From positions 248,001 to 312,000 of the forward strand of contig OZ025716.1 in the NCBI GenBank assembly GCA_964019335.1: a stretch of 64,000 bases of DNA. Reading direction: 5' to 3'. Of this stretch, positions 11,922-22,475 are shown one piece after another (position 1 is the stretch's first letter; every line of letters begins with the position of its first letter). A model generated the notes under the pieces. It was given only the letters and a program-made list of their open reading frames with translations, was not told the DNA's origin and ran no database searches. Position numbers and translations under genes: made by a program. This DNA is from Diplonema japonicum. Lineage: Eukaryota; Protista; Euglenozoa: Diplonemea.

Positions 11922-12764
11922 ATGTCTGTCGATCTTCTCGTCCGCCTTGATGGAGGTCACACGAGCGCCACACCAATAGAAATGGAAGCTACCGAGCGGC
12001 TCAGCGATCTCCTTGCAAAGATAACGCGTGCTTTCGATTTGGAAGCCGAAGTCGTAATGGAACATGAGTCAACTGTATTGAGGGATATGTCAATGCTTAT
12101 CGGTGACCATTGTTTCAAGGATGGGGACGAGGTGGTGGTGAAGCTTGACAAGGCGGCAGCTGCGAGGAAGAAGCTGAAGGAGAAAAACGTGGAGCTCACA
12201 ATGAACGGCCTGAAGACAGTCTGCGGCCTTCTGGACGACCGTTGGACCAGAATAAAGGCGAGAACTGATTTGGACGAAATATTAGAGCTAGTTCGTGACG
12301 CAGACCCGACCATTCTCCGCTCTGTAGATACAAAAAGTCTGGAAGGTATGGGCAAGGGATACACCTTGCTTCACTTCCTTCCACAGCCGCAAGTGATAAA
12401 ATCACTAGTGGCATATGGTGCTGATGTAAATGCAATGTCGGTATCGCCCCAGTACGTGTCCCCGCTGCATGTGGCAGTTGGGAGCAGTTCTGTAATCGTG
12501 AAGGATCTTGTTGATCACGGTGCTGACGTGCATGCGAGAGACAGCCTTGGAAAGACCCCGCTGCACTGCATCCAGCGGCCTGATATCGGTGCCCTCCTCC
12601 TTGATGCAGGAGCGGATATTAATGCGAGAGACCACCAAGGCAGGACCCCTCTCCACTGGCATTGGCCGTCTACGAATTCCTACAAGTTCCTCCTTTCCCG
12701 TGGTGCAGACGAAACCATAGCTGACCACACAGGCAGGAAGCCCACCACCATTGCGAGAGCTTAA
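11922..12764 (+). CDS. Ubiquitin-like domain plus ankyrin-repeat protein
   Basis: N-terminal Ubl-like segment (..HCFKDGDEVVV); repeats SPLHVAV..GADVHARDSLGKTPLH, GADINARDHQGRTPLH. Start placed at MSVDL. Confidence 0.85.
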   Translation: MSVDLLVRLDGGHTSATPIEMEATERLSDLLAKITRAFDLEAEVVMEHESTVLRDMSMLIGDHCFKDGDEVVVKLDKAAAARKKLKEKNVELTMNGLKTVCGLLDDRWTRIKARTDLDEILELVRDADPTILRSVDTKSLEGMGKGYTLLHFLPQPQVIKSLVAYGADVNAMSVSPQYVSPLHVAVGSSSVIVKDLVDHGADVHARDSLGKTPLHCIQRPDIGALLLDAGADINARDHQGRTPLHWHWPSTNSYKFLLSRGADETIADHTGRKPTTIARA

Positions 12765-12870
12765 AAAAGAATATTTGAACACATTCTTTCCCCTCCCCCT
12801 CGAACAAGTAAACACCCCTAACCCGGTTACTTATGTTTTGTGTTTCCAGCACTCGTTCAGATCCCTGCAA

Positions 12871-13695
12871 ATGGATGCCCCCAATGTGTTCTGTGTTCCC
12901 CTTGATGTTCTAAGAAGAATAGCGGAGTTCATGGGTTTCTTGAATACCGCACAGGGCCGCAGGGTCTGCAGGGCGTGGAGGGACATCATGACGGAAAAAA
13001 CCGACGGTACACTGGTAGAGTTCATGACCGAACGTTTTGCAGATGGGTCGTTGCACGCCATCCAGGTGTATGGCGCATGGGAAGGCAGGCAGCGCTTTAG
13101 GGCGAATTCACAGCAGTTCAAGCTGAGCATGTTCTGTGGGAAAGGATGCGGGGCAACCGCACTAATAAATACAATTGAGAACCCACACAAGCTCCGAAGC
13201 GGACAATCTTATGAACTGAAGTACAAAAAGCTAATCGACCCGGCACGCCCCGCTGTGCCCCTCGGCAACCTTGCTCTATGGGACGTGCCCCCTGATAAGA
13301 TGTACCGAAAGGGCCTGCGTCTACGGTCTTACTACCGTGGAAGCAGTGTTCACCTCCTGCTGTATGACACATCAGCGGCAGCTGGGTTGGATGATCTTGT
13401 TGATGACTTGCAGAATGACAATATTTATAATATTGAAGCGGCTTGTATATTGGTGGGGACAAAGTGCGATCTTCAGCCGAATAAGCGAAACGCGAAGCTG
13501 GTGGATGCCCTATCGGAGGTACTTCGCATTCCCCACATAAAAACTTCTTCAGACACATTTGAAGGAGTTAGTGAGCTGGTGGAACTCATCACCGAGCAGT
13601 GTGTTAGAATATCTCAGTACCATGAGGACGACACCCAGGCCCCAGCTACCCCCGATGCTCGGGGTTTTTCAATCGGCAAGTGCTGTGTTCTGTAA
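12871..13695 (+). CDS. F-box plus divergent Rab/Ras-like GTPase domain, C-terminal CCVL prenylation motif
   Basis: F-box VPLDVLRRIAEFM...RRVCRAWR; G1 GKGCGAT, G3 LWDVPP, YYRGS..LLLYD, G4 LVGTKCDL, G5 KTSS; ends KCCVL. Confidence 0.8.
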   Translation: MDAPNVFCVPLDVLRRIAEFMGFLNTAQGRRVCRAWRDIMTEKTDGTLVEFMTERFADGSLHAIQVYGAWEGRQRFRANSQQFKLSMFCGKGCGATALINTIENPHKLRSGQSYELKYKKLIDPARPAVPLGNLALWDVPPDKMYRKGLRLRSYYRGSSVHLLLYDTSAAAGLDDLVDDLQNDNIYNIEAACILVGTKCDLQPNKRNAKLVDALSEVLRIPHIKTSSDTFEGVSELVELITEQCVRISQYHEDDTQAPATPDARGFSIGKCCVL

Positions 13696-13768
13696 GAACA
13701 TAGACTTTTTTCTTTCTCTTTTTTTTTTCTTCATATTCTTCCCCCATAGCAAGCAACGACAAGGATCG

Positions 13769-14587
13769 ATGTTCTTCAGATGGCGAGGAAGAGGAAAAAA
13801 GAGAACGCAGCTCCCATCGGATGTGGTGAGGAATGTGATGGGGTTCTTGGATTTACTAGATGTTGTGAGGTGCAGTGGGGTGTGCAGTGCGTGGCGGCGC
13901 TGCGCGGATCGTGTTGACTTCAAATCAATGGCAGAATACTTCACAAGCATCTCAAAAGAAAAAAACTGGGTTTTACACGAGCTCCAACAGAACGCTAGGT
14001 GGGGACACCACACGCGTTCAAAGCAGGGGGAATTATTTACACTAACTGTATTCCACAGCCTTGGAGCTGGAGCAACAGCCATTCACCATGCAATAGAAGG
14101 GAGTGTCAAACACAAGCCGACCCCATGGCGTGGAGCTTCCTCATCTGCTGCATTCTGCTCCGAGAGCTCTAGCAGGGTACTCCCGAGAATTGGAAAACTG
14201 CAATTGTGGGACCAGATGCAGTTCAGAAGGTTTGCCCCTGAAAGGTCGTTCAAGATCTATCACGATAGTGATGTTCACCTTCTGCTCTATGACACTTCTT
14301 CGCCTTCCGGCATCACAGACCTCACTGCCGAAATGGAGAGAAGCTGGCCGAATGTTCTGTCTCCTTGTATCTTGGTGGGCACAAAGTGTGACTTAACTCC
14401 GGACCCGCTGACAGCGGATCTTGCTGATGTTTTGTCACATGTTTTACACGTTCCGCATGTCAAGACATCGGCAGTGAGCTTCAAAGGGATCCCGCATCTG
14501 GTGGAGTTGATCACTGAACGGTGCGTTTCGATAAAAACGATGGAAGAAGATGTCAAAAAGCACAGGTCCGTGTGCTGCATTCAATAG
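13769..14587 (+). CDS. Second F-box plus Rab-like GTPase paralog, C-terminal CCIQ
   Basis: F-box LPSDVVRNVMGFLD...CSGVCSAWR; G1 SLGAGAT, LQLWDQ, LLLYD, ILVGTKCDL, KTSA; ends VCCIQ; clearly paralogous to the upstream gene. Confidence 0.8.
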   Translation: MFFRWRGRGKKRTQLPSDVVRNVMGFLDLLDVVRCSGVCSAWRRCADRVDFKSMAEYFTSISKEKNWVLHELQQNARWGHHTRSKQGELFTLTVFHSLGAGATAIHHAIEGSVKHKPTPWRGASSSAAFCSESSSRVLPRIGKLQLWDQMQFRRFAPERSFKIYHDSDVHLLLYDTSSPSGITDLTAEMERSWPNVLSPCILVGTKCDLTPDPLTADLADVLSHVLHVPHVKTSAVSFKGIPHLVELITERCVSIKTMEEDVKKHRSVCCIQ

Positions 14588-14612
14588 TCTTACTGAAACT
14601 TACTTCGTGAGA

Positions 14613-14643
<31 letters not shown>

Positions 14644-15068
14644 GGAGGTGGGGAAAAAAAGAGAGAGAAAAAAAAGAAAAAGAAGAATTGATAAGCATTG
14701 TTTAGCTTATCCTTTCTACAGGTTTAAATCCCGGGTGTGCACAAAACAACGGTCAACAAGCTCTTTTTGTCCCCTCCCCCCTTTTTTCTTTTCTTAATTT
14801 TCTTCTTCTTCTTTTTTTTTAGGTGGCGGGTGCTCCGGACCAACAAGCATCAGAGCAGCTGTCACCCAAAGATGCCCTACCGCGAGGAAAGGGTAAGGCA
14901 CGCCATGTCTAGTAGTGCACAGATGAAAAGCCCACTACTTTTTGGTACACCTGGAGCCGACTGTGGTGGTTATACTGAGCGCTGTTTGCCTTGTGTCACC
15001 TTGACGTTATTATTAATAAATTTTCTTTTTTTCTTTTGTGATTACACACGGTTTCTCAAATATCTTTT

Positions 15069-15270
15069 TTGCAAGAACGAGTCTTTGACTTGTCTAAACA
15101 AAAGGGGAACGTTGGCAACGTGTTTCGGGTTGACAAACTTCTCCAGGTTTTACCCGGCACGTACAAACAAAATATGACGGCACTAGACTGGGATGATCTG
15201 GTCCAATACGCGGACCTCGAGTACCCATCCGGAAGCACTCGCGCCCCTCACCTCGCGGATTGCATCTTCT
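15069..15270 (+). repeat. Dispersed repeat with coding-like relic; inverted copy at ~48600-48805
   Basis: TGCAAGAACGAGTCTTTGACTTGTCTAAACAAAAGGGGAACG...TCCAATACGCGGACCTCGAGTACCCATC occurs reverse-complemented at ~48680-48805. Confidence 0.8.
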
Positions 15271-15718
15271 TTTTCAAATACAGGGGTTGGAGCGGCAATC
15301 CACGGTTTTTTAAAAGACTCTTCAATGATGCGATTCAGTAGGCAGCAACCATGTTGCCAGAAGTCAAGACGTCCCTGAGTATTATTCAATGTGCCCCTCT
15401 GGCCAAACGGGAGTTAAATATATATTTGGGAAACCGTACGAGATACTAATGAAGCTACTTCACTCCCATTCTTGCTCCCCCCCCCCCCCCCTTATTCTGC
15501 AAACGTTTAAAAGTTATTTTATTGTTGTTGTTATTTTTGCCTTCTAAGAGGTATAAAGAAATAAAAAGGGGGGTGCACCTCGCGAGGCGCTCCCCCCTAC
15601 TCTAATGTATGGGAAGCGACAAGAAGCACCAGTACGTACCTTGTTTGTCGGAATCTGCAAAAACACACCATGCGGGCCAGCCACTGCTTCCTGGATTTTT
15701 TTTGAGATATTTTTTTAA

Positions 15719-18276
15719 CCACTAAAGGACCAGGGGTTTTGGCGAAAAAAGTGCCAAGGACCGTCTATTTACGAACCCGGAAAAAAAGAAATGCGAGAGT
15801 TTAACCATAGGAAAGTACACTATACCCTTTAAAAAGCACGTGAGCCCAGGGGGTAAAAAAAAACAGTTTATATTTTCCATGCAGGGGGGCTTACTTAGTG
15901 TGTTCATACGGGGTCGGGAGAGGAAATATACGACAAAGTACTGAGCATCACGAGCGACTTTGCTCAACCCACTCGAGGGCGCTTGGGCGGAGGACAGCCT
16001 CCCCCACTTTTTTTTTTCCCCACAGATGTCGATTTTCTGCCAACATTGGGTCCTGGCGGACGCTGGAGCCGAGGATTTTTTTTCAAGCGTCCCCAGAATT
16101 GTCGGTATTTTACCATGTCAGGGTAGTCATTTTTTGCATGAAAGCAAAGCACTCAGGGCACAGGGCAACATTGCACGTTTTGCAGGTGTAAGATTGTTTT
16201 TTTTTTTGATTTTTGGCACAGCCTCGAGGTGAATTTCATACTATAGGCAAAGTCGAAGAGATTAAAGGCAAAATTATAGGCAAAGCCGAAAAGGTTAACA
16301 CGGGTTTAGTACGGCCGTGCCACAAGAGGAACCGGATGCTGTCCGAAGCGGCATAACTCTGTCGTGGCGTGAGATTTGTTTGCTGGCCTCCTTTTTCGTT
16401 TTTCTGCCCACTGTCGTCTTCCGGAGTTGAACCGTGCCCATGGGGTTGTATTTTTCTGTTGCGCTGAACCTCCGATAGCATGCATACCCGTACTCAAAAG
16501 AGAGCAGAAGAGCTGGTAATTAGAATAAAGATTATCCATCGCAACCCAGTGACCACGATGCTCGAACTGTCGCAGTGGTACCGTGTCCTCCGGGTCCCCA
16601 CCAGGGTAAATTCTAATGTTAAGCGCGCACCCCGTGCACCCTGTGCATGAATGCGGCGGAGTACACCTTAAAGCCATAGCGCTTGCGTTTAGCTGGTCGA
16701 AAACGCTGTGCTTAAGGCGGGAGAAGGAGCGAAACATGCTCAGAGGTATGCAGCTTTCCAGCTGGGGGAGTCCGGGAATGCAGCATCTCCACTTTTGATA
16801 GTGTCCCGTTGCCCTGGGAGCCAAAGTGGACACAACAAGAAGATATGGATAAATGTGGCGCGGCCCAGGACACGGCCTATGTAAGGCGTTGCAACCTCTT
16901 CCTTTGTAGACCAGCAGTCCTTGACTCCCGCCCTGCAGACTTCGTCCATCAAGGCGGGCAGAACCCAGACGGCGATCCAGGTGTTCAGTTGTACCACGTC
17001 TGCGTCGAATGTGGAATGGACCTCAGCAAGCTGTTTGTGATAAACAAACAGAATGTTGCTGGACCCCTGTACCTGTACCCATGTCACTTCCTGGCCGGTA
17101 TACGGTTGATATTTGTCCCCCAACGCACACCACCCTCATCTGAGGCTACGTTGTCGGCGTACGCGTACGCAGCAAAATCTGAAAAAGTGCGTACGTCGTA
17201 CGGCTGTGCGTACGGCTGTGCGTACGGCTCCACAGGTATAGGGTTTACGTTGGAGAGTGGGGCAAAAAAACGGATGGAAGAGAGGGTGGGCGCACATGCG
17301 TCATACAAACACTTTTACACTCGATTCAACTCTCACTCAGACGTTCTCTTCGTCATCGGGATCGGGTCTTCCAACGATAGTTCCGCCGTACGCCAATAGT
17401 CTCTCACAAACTGCGTGCAGGTGAAATTCCGTTTGTTAAAATAAAGTCTCATCCAACGTGCCTGTGGTACTCTTGTTCTCCGATCCTCCATCGTACTCTC
17501 GAAGTGGCACAAACCAAACCTTTGTGAGTTGCATGAGTTCGTTTGCGTTGTTCCAGAGTTCCTCACAAAGCATTTTATACAAAAGGACACCAAGCAATTC
17601 CTTGGGGACGGGTTTTTGTGTTTATTCTTCGCGCAAAAGGGTATTTCAAATCGAGCCTCCCAAGAGATGGTCACGGATGGCCGGGAGGGCGCAGGACGCA
17701 GCACGAGGACGCTCCTGTGTTAAATCTCGAGGGGTTCATGTAATCAGCCAAGTCGGCTGTCCCACACAAGGGGAACGGAGAGCCAGAGGGAACGTCCAAC
17801 CCTCTCGGTTCCTCCAGACAAGACTGGAACACCCCCCCCCAGTTTCCCCCCCAGTGGTTATTATTGCAGAAAAAAAATCATACCCCCAGTCGAGGAGGTC
17901 CCGTGCCATCTATGTTCGCATCCTCAGACTCTAAGCCACCTCCTACGGGAGTGCCAAGACGAAAAGAGGATCGACCAAAGGAGTCAGATCTTCGGTAGCT
18001 CCCTTCCTTCCCTCAAAGTCCTCCTGTCGACCGACGCCTGTACGACCGCCCAGCTCTTGGAGCGGCAGGGAACATTGTGAAAAAACTTATATATTATAAT
18101 ATATTTATATTATATTATATTCTCCAAACATTGAGGTCTGAAGTTGTTATACGACTTCAGACAGCAATTGTTTCTAACTCAATCTCTCGAGTCCAGGGGC
18201 TGTGTGGCACAAAAAGTGTCACATAGAAAAGATAATTCTTCTTAAGGACACATATGTCCTCATGGTCCTTTAGTGG
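15719..18276 (-). mobile_element. Degenerate piggyBac element with 14-bp TIRs and TTAA target duplication
   Basis: TTAA(15715-18)-CCACTAAAGGACCA ... TGGTCCTTTAGTGG-TTAA(18277-80). Minus-strand transposase relics at 16240-17100 (KDCWST, GHWVAMDNLYS, FLLWH..KPVL). Confidence 0.9.
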
Positions 18277-18362
18277 TTAAAATTTTTAAAAAAAAATTTT
18301 TCTTTGCATAAGAAAAACAACACGCGCAGAATGGAAAGAAAAAGAAAAAAGAAAAGAAGAAT

Positions 18363-20387
18363 ATGGAAGTGTTCGTGCAGGATGCTGCAGGGCAGCGGTT
18401 CCCTGTGGTGCTGAATGAGCATGACACTGTACTGGATGTGAAGAAGCTCGCTCTGAAGGCGATGGACGGGTCGGGGGACATGGTGCTGGAACGGGTGGCG
18501 CTGAAGTATGAAGGGGAGTATGTGGACGAGGAAGACACGACAGTAAGTTTCAACAGCCTGACTGGGATCGAGCCTGACCATGACATCCTCATCACTTACA
18601 ACAATCTGGTGATTCTGAGGGCCTCCTACATGAGTGGCAAGCTTGGGCTCGACGACTACAAGGAAGGCTCTGTGGAGGCTGCGGACCCTGAGATTGCGAA
18701 ACACCTCTTGTCGAAGTACAAGAACAGTGTATCCAGCGTCAAGACTGTAATGGACTGCACCTCTCCTTCTGTGAAGAACGACAAGGAATTCGTGTTGGCT
18801 GTTGTGGAGAAGAATTCATATGCATTCCAGCACATTCCGGAGGAGCTTATGCAGGACACGGTTTTCATGATCTCCATCATAAGGCGCTGGCCTGAACTAT
18901 ACAATCATCTGTACCATTGTATTTCGCCACTGAGTGAACACGTGCGAAAAACATTGTATCCTGTCTACCGGGCTTGTTCAGGAAATTTAGCACTGTCAGA
19001 TCCTGATATTTGTGACAACAAAGACCTTGTGCTGATCCAGATAGAGCGGTGGAACGAATTGTTTACCGATGCGAGACAAATGGGAGCTCTCAAGAATTTG
19101 GCATTGAGCTTCGTGTCCGACCGCCTGAAGAACGACAAGGAAGTTGTGCTGGCGGCTGTGGTCCTCAACCCTGAAAACCTGCAGCATGCCTCCCCTGCGA
19201 TGAGGAACGACAAGGAGGTCGTTCTGAAGGCATTGATAGCCAAGCCTTTGAAGCTTTCATCTAAGGATCTCCGGAACGACAGGGAGGTTGTGCTGGCCGC
19301 TGTCAGGAAGAGCGGCACCTGTCTCCAATTCGCCTCAGTGACCTGTGGCCTTGCCCTGCAGTTCGCCTCTTCGGCCTTGCAAGGTGACAAGGAGGTGGTG
19401 ACCCTTGCAGTTGGGAACAACGGCCTTGCCCTGCAGTTCGCTTCGGAGGAGCTCCGGAAGGACCACAGTGTAGTTCTCTCGGCTGTGAAAAACAATGGCC
19501 TTGCCCTGCAGTTCGCCTCGGAGGAGCTCCGGAAGGACCGCAGTGTGGTTCTCTCGGCTGTGAAAAACAACGGCCTTGCCCTGCAGTTCGCTTCGGAGGA
19601 GCTCCGGAAGGACCGCAGTGTGGTTCTCTCGGCTGTGCAAAACGACGGTCTTGCCCTGCAGTTCGCCTCGGCATTGCAGGCCCCTGAGGTGAGTTACTCA
19701 AAGCTGACAGTGACAAAGCTAAAGAAGCTGTGCAAGGAGAGGGAGGTGGTGCTCCCGAAGAAGATATTGAAGAAGACACTGGTTGAGCTGCTTGAGAAAG
19801 ATGACGAAGAGAGAGAGGAGAAGGAGAAGAAGAAGCTCGTAGGGGAGAAGAGAGGGCGGGAAGAAGGAGAAGGAGAGGAAGAAGAGACGAAGGCAAAGAA
19901 AAGGAAACAAGAAGGGCAGTTCGAGAACGACGTGGGTGTGGTGCTAGCGGCTGTGCAACAGGACTGGGAGGCAATGCGGTTCGCTGGGAGTGTAGCACTT
20001 GACGACAAGGAGGTGGCACTGGCTGGTGTGAGGCAGAGCGGAGAGGCCTACGACCTCGTGTCAAGGAGGCTTCGTGGGGACAGGGACGTTGTGCTGGAGT
20101 ATGTGTCGTGGAGTGCTTTGAACCACTTGTACGCGAAGTACATTCCGGAGGAGCTGAAGAAGGACAGGGAGGTGGCCCTTGTGGCTGTGAAGGCGAACGG
20201 GTGCTGTCTTCGGCACCTCGATTCCTTCTCTGGGGACAAGGAGGTAGCACTGGTGGCTGTGACAAGCGGTGGCTTGAAACACGTGGCGTCCTCTCTGGCC
20301 CAGGACAGGGATATCTTCAACAAGGCACTCAAGTGGGAAGATTACGATACGGCGTGCGATATTTTACATAAGAAAAAGGTAACTTGA
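18363..20387 (+). CDS. Ubl + DUF4116-repeat + SAP/HeH-like protein, copy 1
   Basis: N-terminal Ubl (MEVFVQDAAGQRFPV..TVLDVK); many DKEVVLAAV..GLALQFAS repeats; YSKLTVTKLKKLCKER..KKTLVELL SAP-like motif; basic NLS-like KRGR...KKRK. Confidence 0.85.
   Translation: MEVFVQDAAGQRFPVVLNEHDTVLDVKKLALKAMDGSGDMVLERVALKYEGEYVDEEDTTVSFNSLTGIEPDHDILITYNNLVILRASYMSGKLGLDDYKEGSVEAADPEIAKHLLSKYKNSVSSVKTVMDCTSPSVKNDKEFVLAVVEKNSYAFQHIPEELMQDTVFMISIIRRWPELYNHLYHCISPLSEHVRKTLYPVYRACSGNLALSDPDICDNKDLVLIQIERWNELFTDARQMGALKNLALSFVSDRLKNDKEVVLAAVVLNPENLQHASPAMRNDKEVVLKALIAKPLKLSSKDLRNDREVVLAAVRKSGTCLQFASVTCGLALQFASSALQGDKEVVTLAVGNNGLALQFASEELRKDHSVVLSAVKNNGLALQFASEELRKDRSVVLSAVKNNGLALQFASEELRKDRSVVLSAVQNDGLALQFASALQAPEVSYSKLTVTKLKKLCKEREVVLPKKILKKTLVELLEKDDEEREEKEKKKLVGEKRGREEGEGEEEETKAKKRKQEGQFENDVGVVLAAVQQDWEAMRFAGSVALDDKEVALAGVRQSGEAYDLVSRRLRGDRDVVLEYVSWSALNHLYAKYIPEELKKDREVALVAVKANGCCLRHLDSFSGDKEVALVAVTSGGLKHVASSLAQDRDIFNKALKWEDYDTACDILHKKKVT
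19347..19670 (+). repeat. 75-nt coding tandem repeat (25-aa DUF4116 units); also at 23646-23970
   Basis: GG(C/T)CTTGCCCTGCAGTTCGC recurs at 19347, 19422, 19497, 19572, 19647 (period 75). Confidence 0.9.
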
Positions 20388-20779
20388 CACCTAAGTTAGG
20401 GGATATGCTCAGGATCAACGTTTTTTGGTTTGAGAACCGCTCAAGTGTATCAATCATATGAGCGTTTGGAAAACCTTTCACGCGCATTTTTGTTTGGTAG
20501 TTTTAAATTTTAATTCATTTTTAGCCACGAATCATATGATCGTAAGAATAGTTAACTATAAAAAAAAAAAGCAGAAGGGATACCTTCGATATCTCCAGCG
20601 GGTTTCTACCAACCACAGAGTGCTTTGTTATCCCATTTCTTAACAGTCCCTTTGGTTTGTATGTTGCTGCTTTTCTTCTGTCATTTCTTTTTTTTTTTAG
20701 AACTAATCATAGACTTCGAGGCACCTACCGAACACTTAACGCTACTTAGTGCTGCAATCAAAAGCCCTATTTTCTTTAT

Positions 20780-22390
20780 TCAGGGCCAAGCCCCTTGTAG
20801 GAATGGAACGGGCGTGCGGAAGGCTGGCTGCCATGCCGTTGGGATTCTCACAGAAGGCAAGGATCATCTCCAGCTCATCCTCCCCTCTTGCCTCTACGGT
20901 GTTGCGTATGCCCCCCCCCTCGAAAGTGGATGTAGGCACAATCCGGTCGAGAGTTGCGACATGCCTCTGGGGACCGAAGTTCAAGATGCGCTCACCGTGT
21001 GCTGTAGCGAACATCTTGCTGCCGGGGCACACGACGGACCCACTGGTGGTGACGCTTTATCGACTGTTGTGCACGGTGGTGAAGGTTGGTAGGTCGGATG
21101 CAGAGATGTGGGACCGGATGGGAAGGTGTGCCGCCCTGTACCTGCAGAGCGACGTGGAAGCCCAGGGACCAGTGGGACCCTAGTGAGACGATGGCTGCCG
21201 GCGATCGGGAAGAGCTGGAGTTTTGTGGAAGGGCTGAGTACCGCGACCGAGCGGGAACGCAAGCACGAGATCCGCCAAGTGGCACGGGCCATGACAGCAG
21301 CGGAACAAGCAGAAGGGAGGACCTCCTACAGCGGCATGCCGGAGGGGGCCGACCCGGTCACGAACGGGTGGTGGAGGGCGCTCGCGAACAACCCGATGGC
21401 GGCGTACAGGTTGAGGAGGCTGATTGCTGGGGCGGTGTTTGCGGTGTACCCTGCGGTGCGGGGAGTGGCGGAGGGGCCGGACAACCCGCTGCAGCACCTC
21501 TGTGACGTGTGTGCAGCTACACCGAGGTGCTGGAGCACGCCCTCTGGCGATGCGAACTCGGAGATGCGGTGCGGGGCAAGGCAGAGTATGCGAGCCTCGA
21601 CCCGGCGACCATGCCGAACACGACGGCGCTCCACGGGATAGTGCCCAGGGGATGCCAAGACAAGCCGAGGGCCCTGTTGGTGCAAAAGGTACCTGCTGGA
21701 GGTGGTCGCTGAGGGATACGGCGGTGGAAGCGAACCGCGCATTGCAGACGCAGACATACCCGTGGCGGGTGGTCGTGACGGGAAGGGCACACCCGACGCC
21801 GACGGTGGCCGAATTACGTGGGCTGGGAGCATCGGGGAAGGTGATGGACAGGCTGCTGGAGCCGGTACTGAGGTGGCTGAGTGGCTTGCTGTGGGATGAC
21901 GCCCCTGGACGACACACGACGGTTACGACGCTGGAGCTTGCCCTCGATTTCGAGCGGGAGATGGAGCTGCCGCTAGACGACGGCGGGGAAGTGGGCAAGG
22001 TAGGACCTGGGCGTCAAGGCAAGGAGGCTGAGGTATGTGCTGAGACGTGTGCCACGCTGATGGCAGAAGGACGTTCCCAGCTGGATCGCGTTAACTCCCT
22101 GCGCTGTATAGGAGGACCGACCACACACGGGTATGACAGGAGGCCAGTACTCCCGGAGCGAACCATGAGCAGCATCGAAGGCTTGCGTGACACGTACCTG
22201 TCGCAGACCCCGACAAGGCTGCCCCGCAGTTTTACCACCGCAGTAGGAACCCGCCAGAGCCCCCAGAACGGGGACAACGGGGACTAAGTACAGCGCGGCC
22301 GGTGAGCGCAAAAACGCATACCTTAAAAGAATAGTTTATTCTTGACCCCCCTGCACACTGCGGCCAGCCACTGCTTCCTGAGTTTTTTTT
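20780..22390 (+). mobile_element. 5'-truncated, frameshifted non-LTR retrotransposon relic, same family as 52145-55337
   Basis: Shares LWGPK..RSP..NILLPGHT.DP, GPV, C..C...LEH.LW.C, WLSGLLW..TTLELALDFE and SLRCIGGP..GY..RP with the C-terminal half of the 52960-55275 ORF. Confidence 0.85.
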
Positions 22391-22475
22391 GAGTTGTCTT
22401 TTTAAAACTTGATTGCATTTTCTTTGCATTTATGAATACTTAAGAAAAAACAAAACGAGCAGAAAGGAAAAGAAC

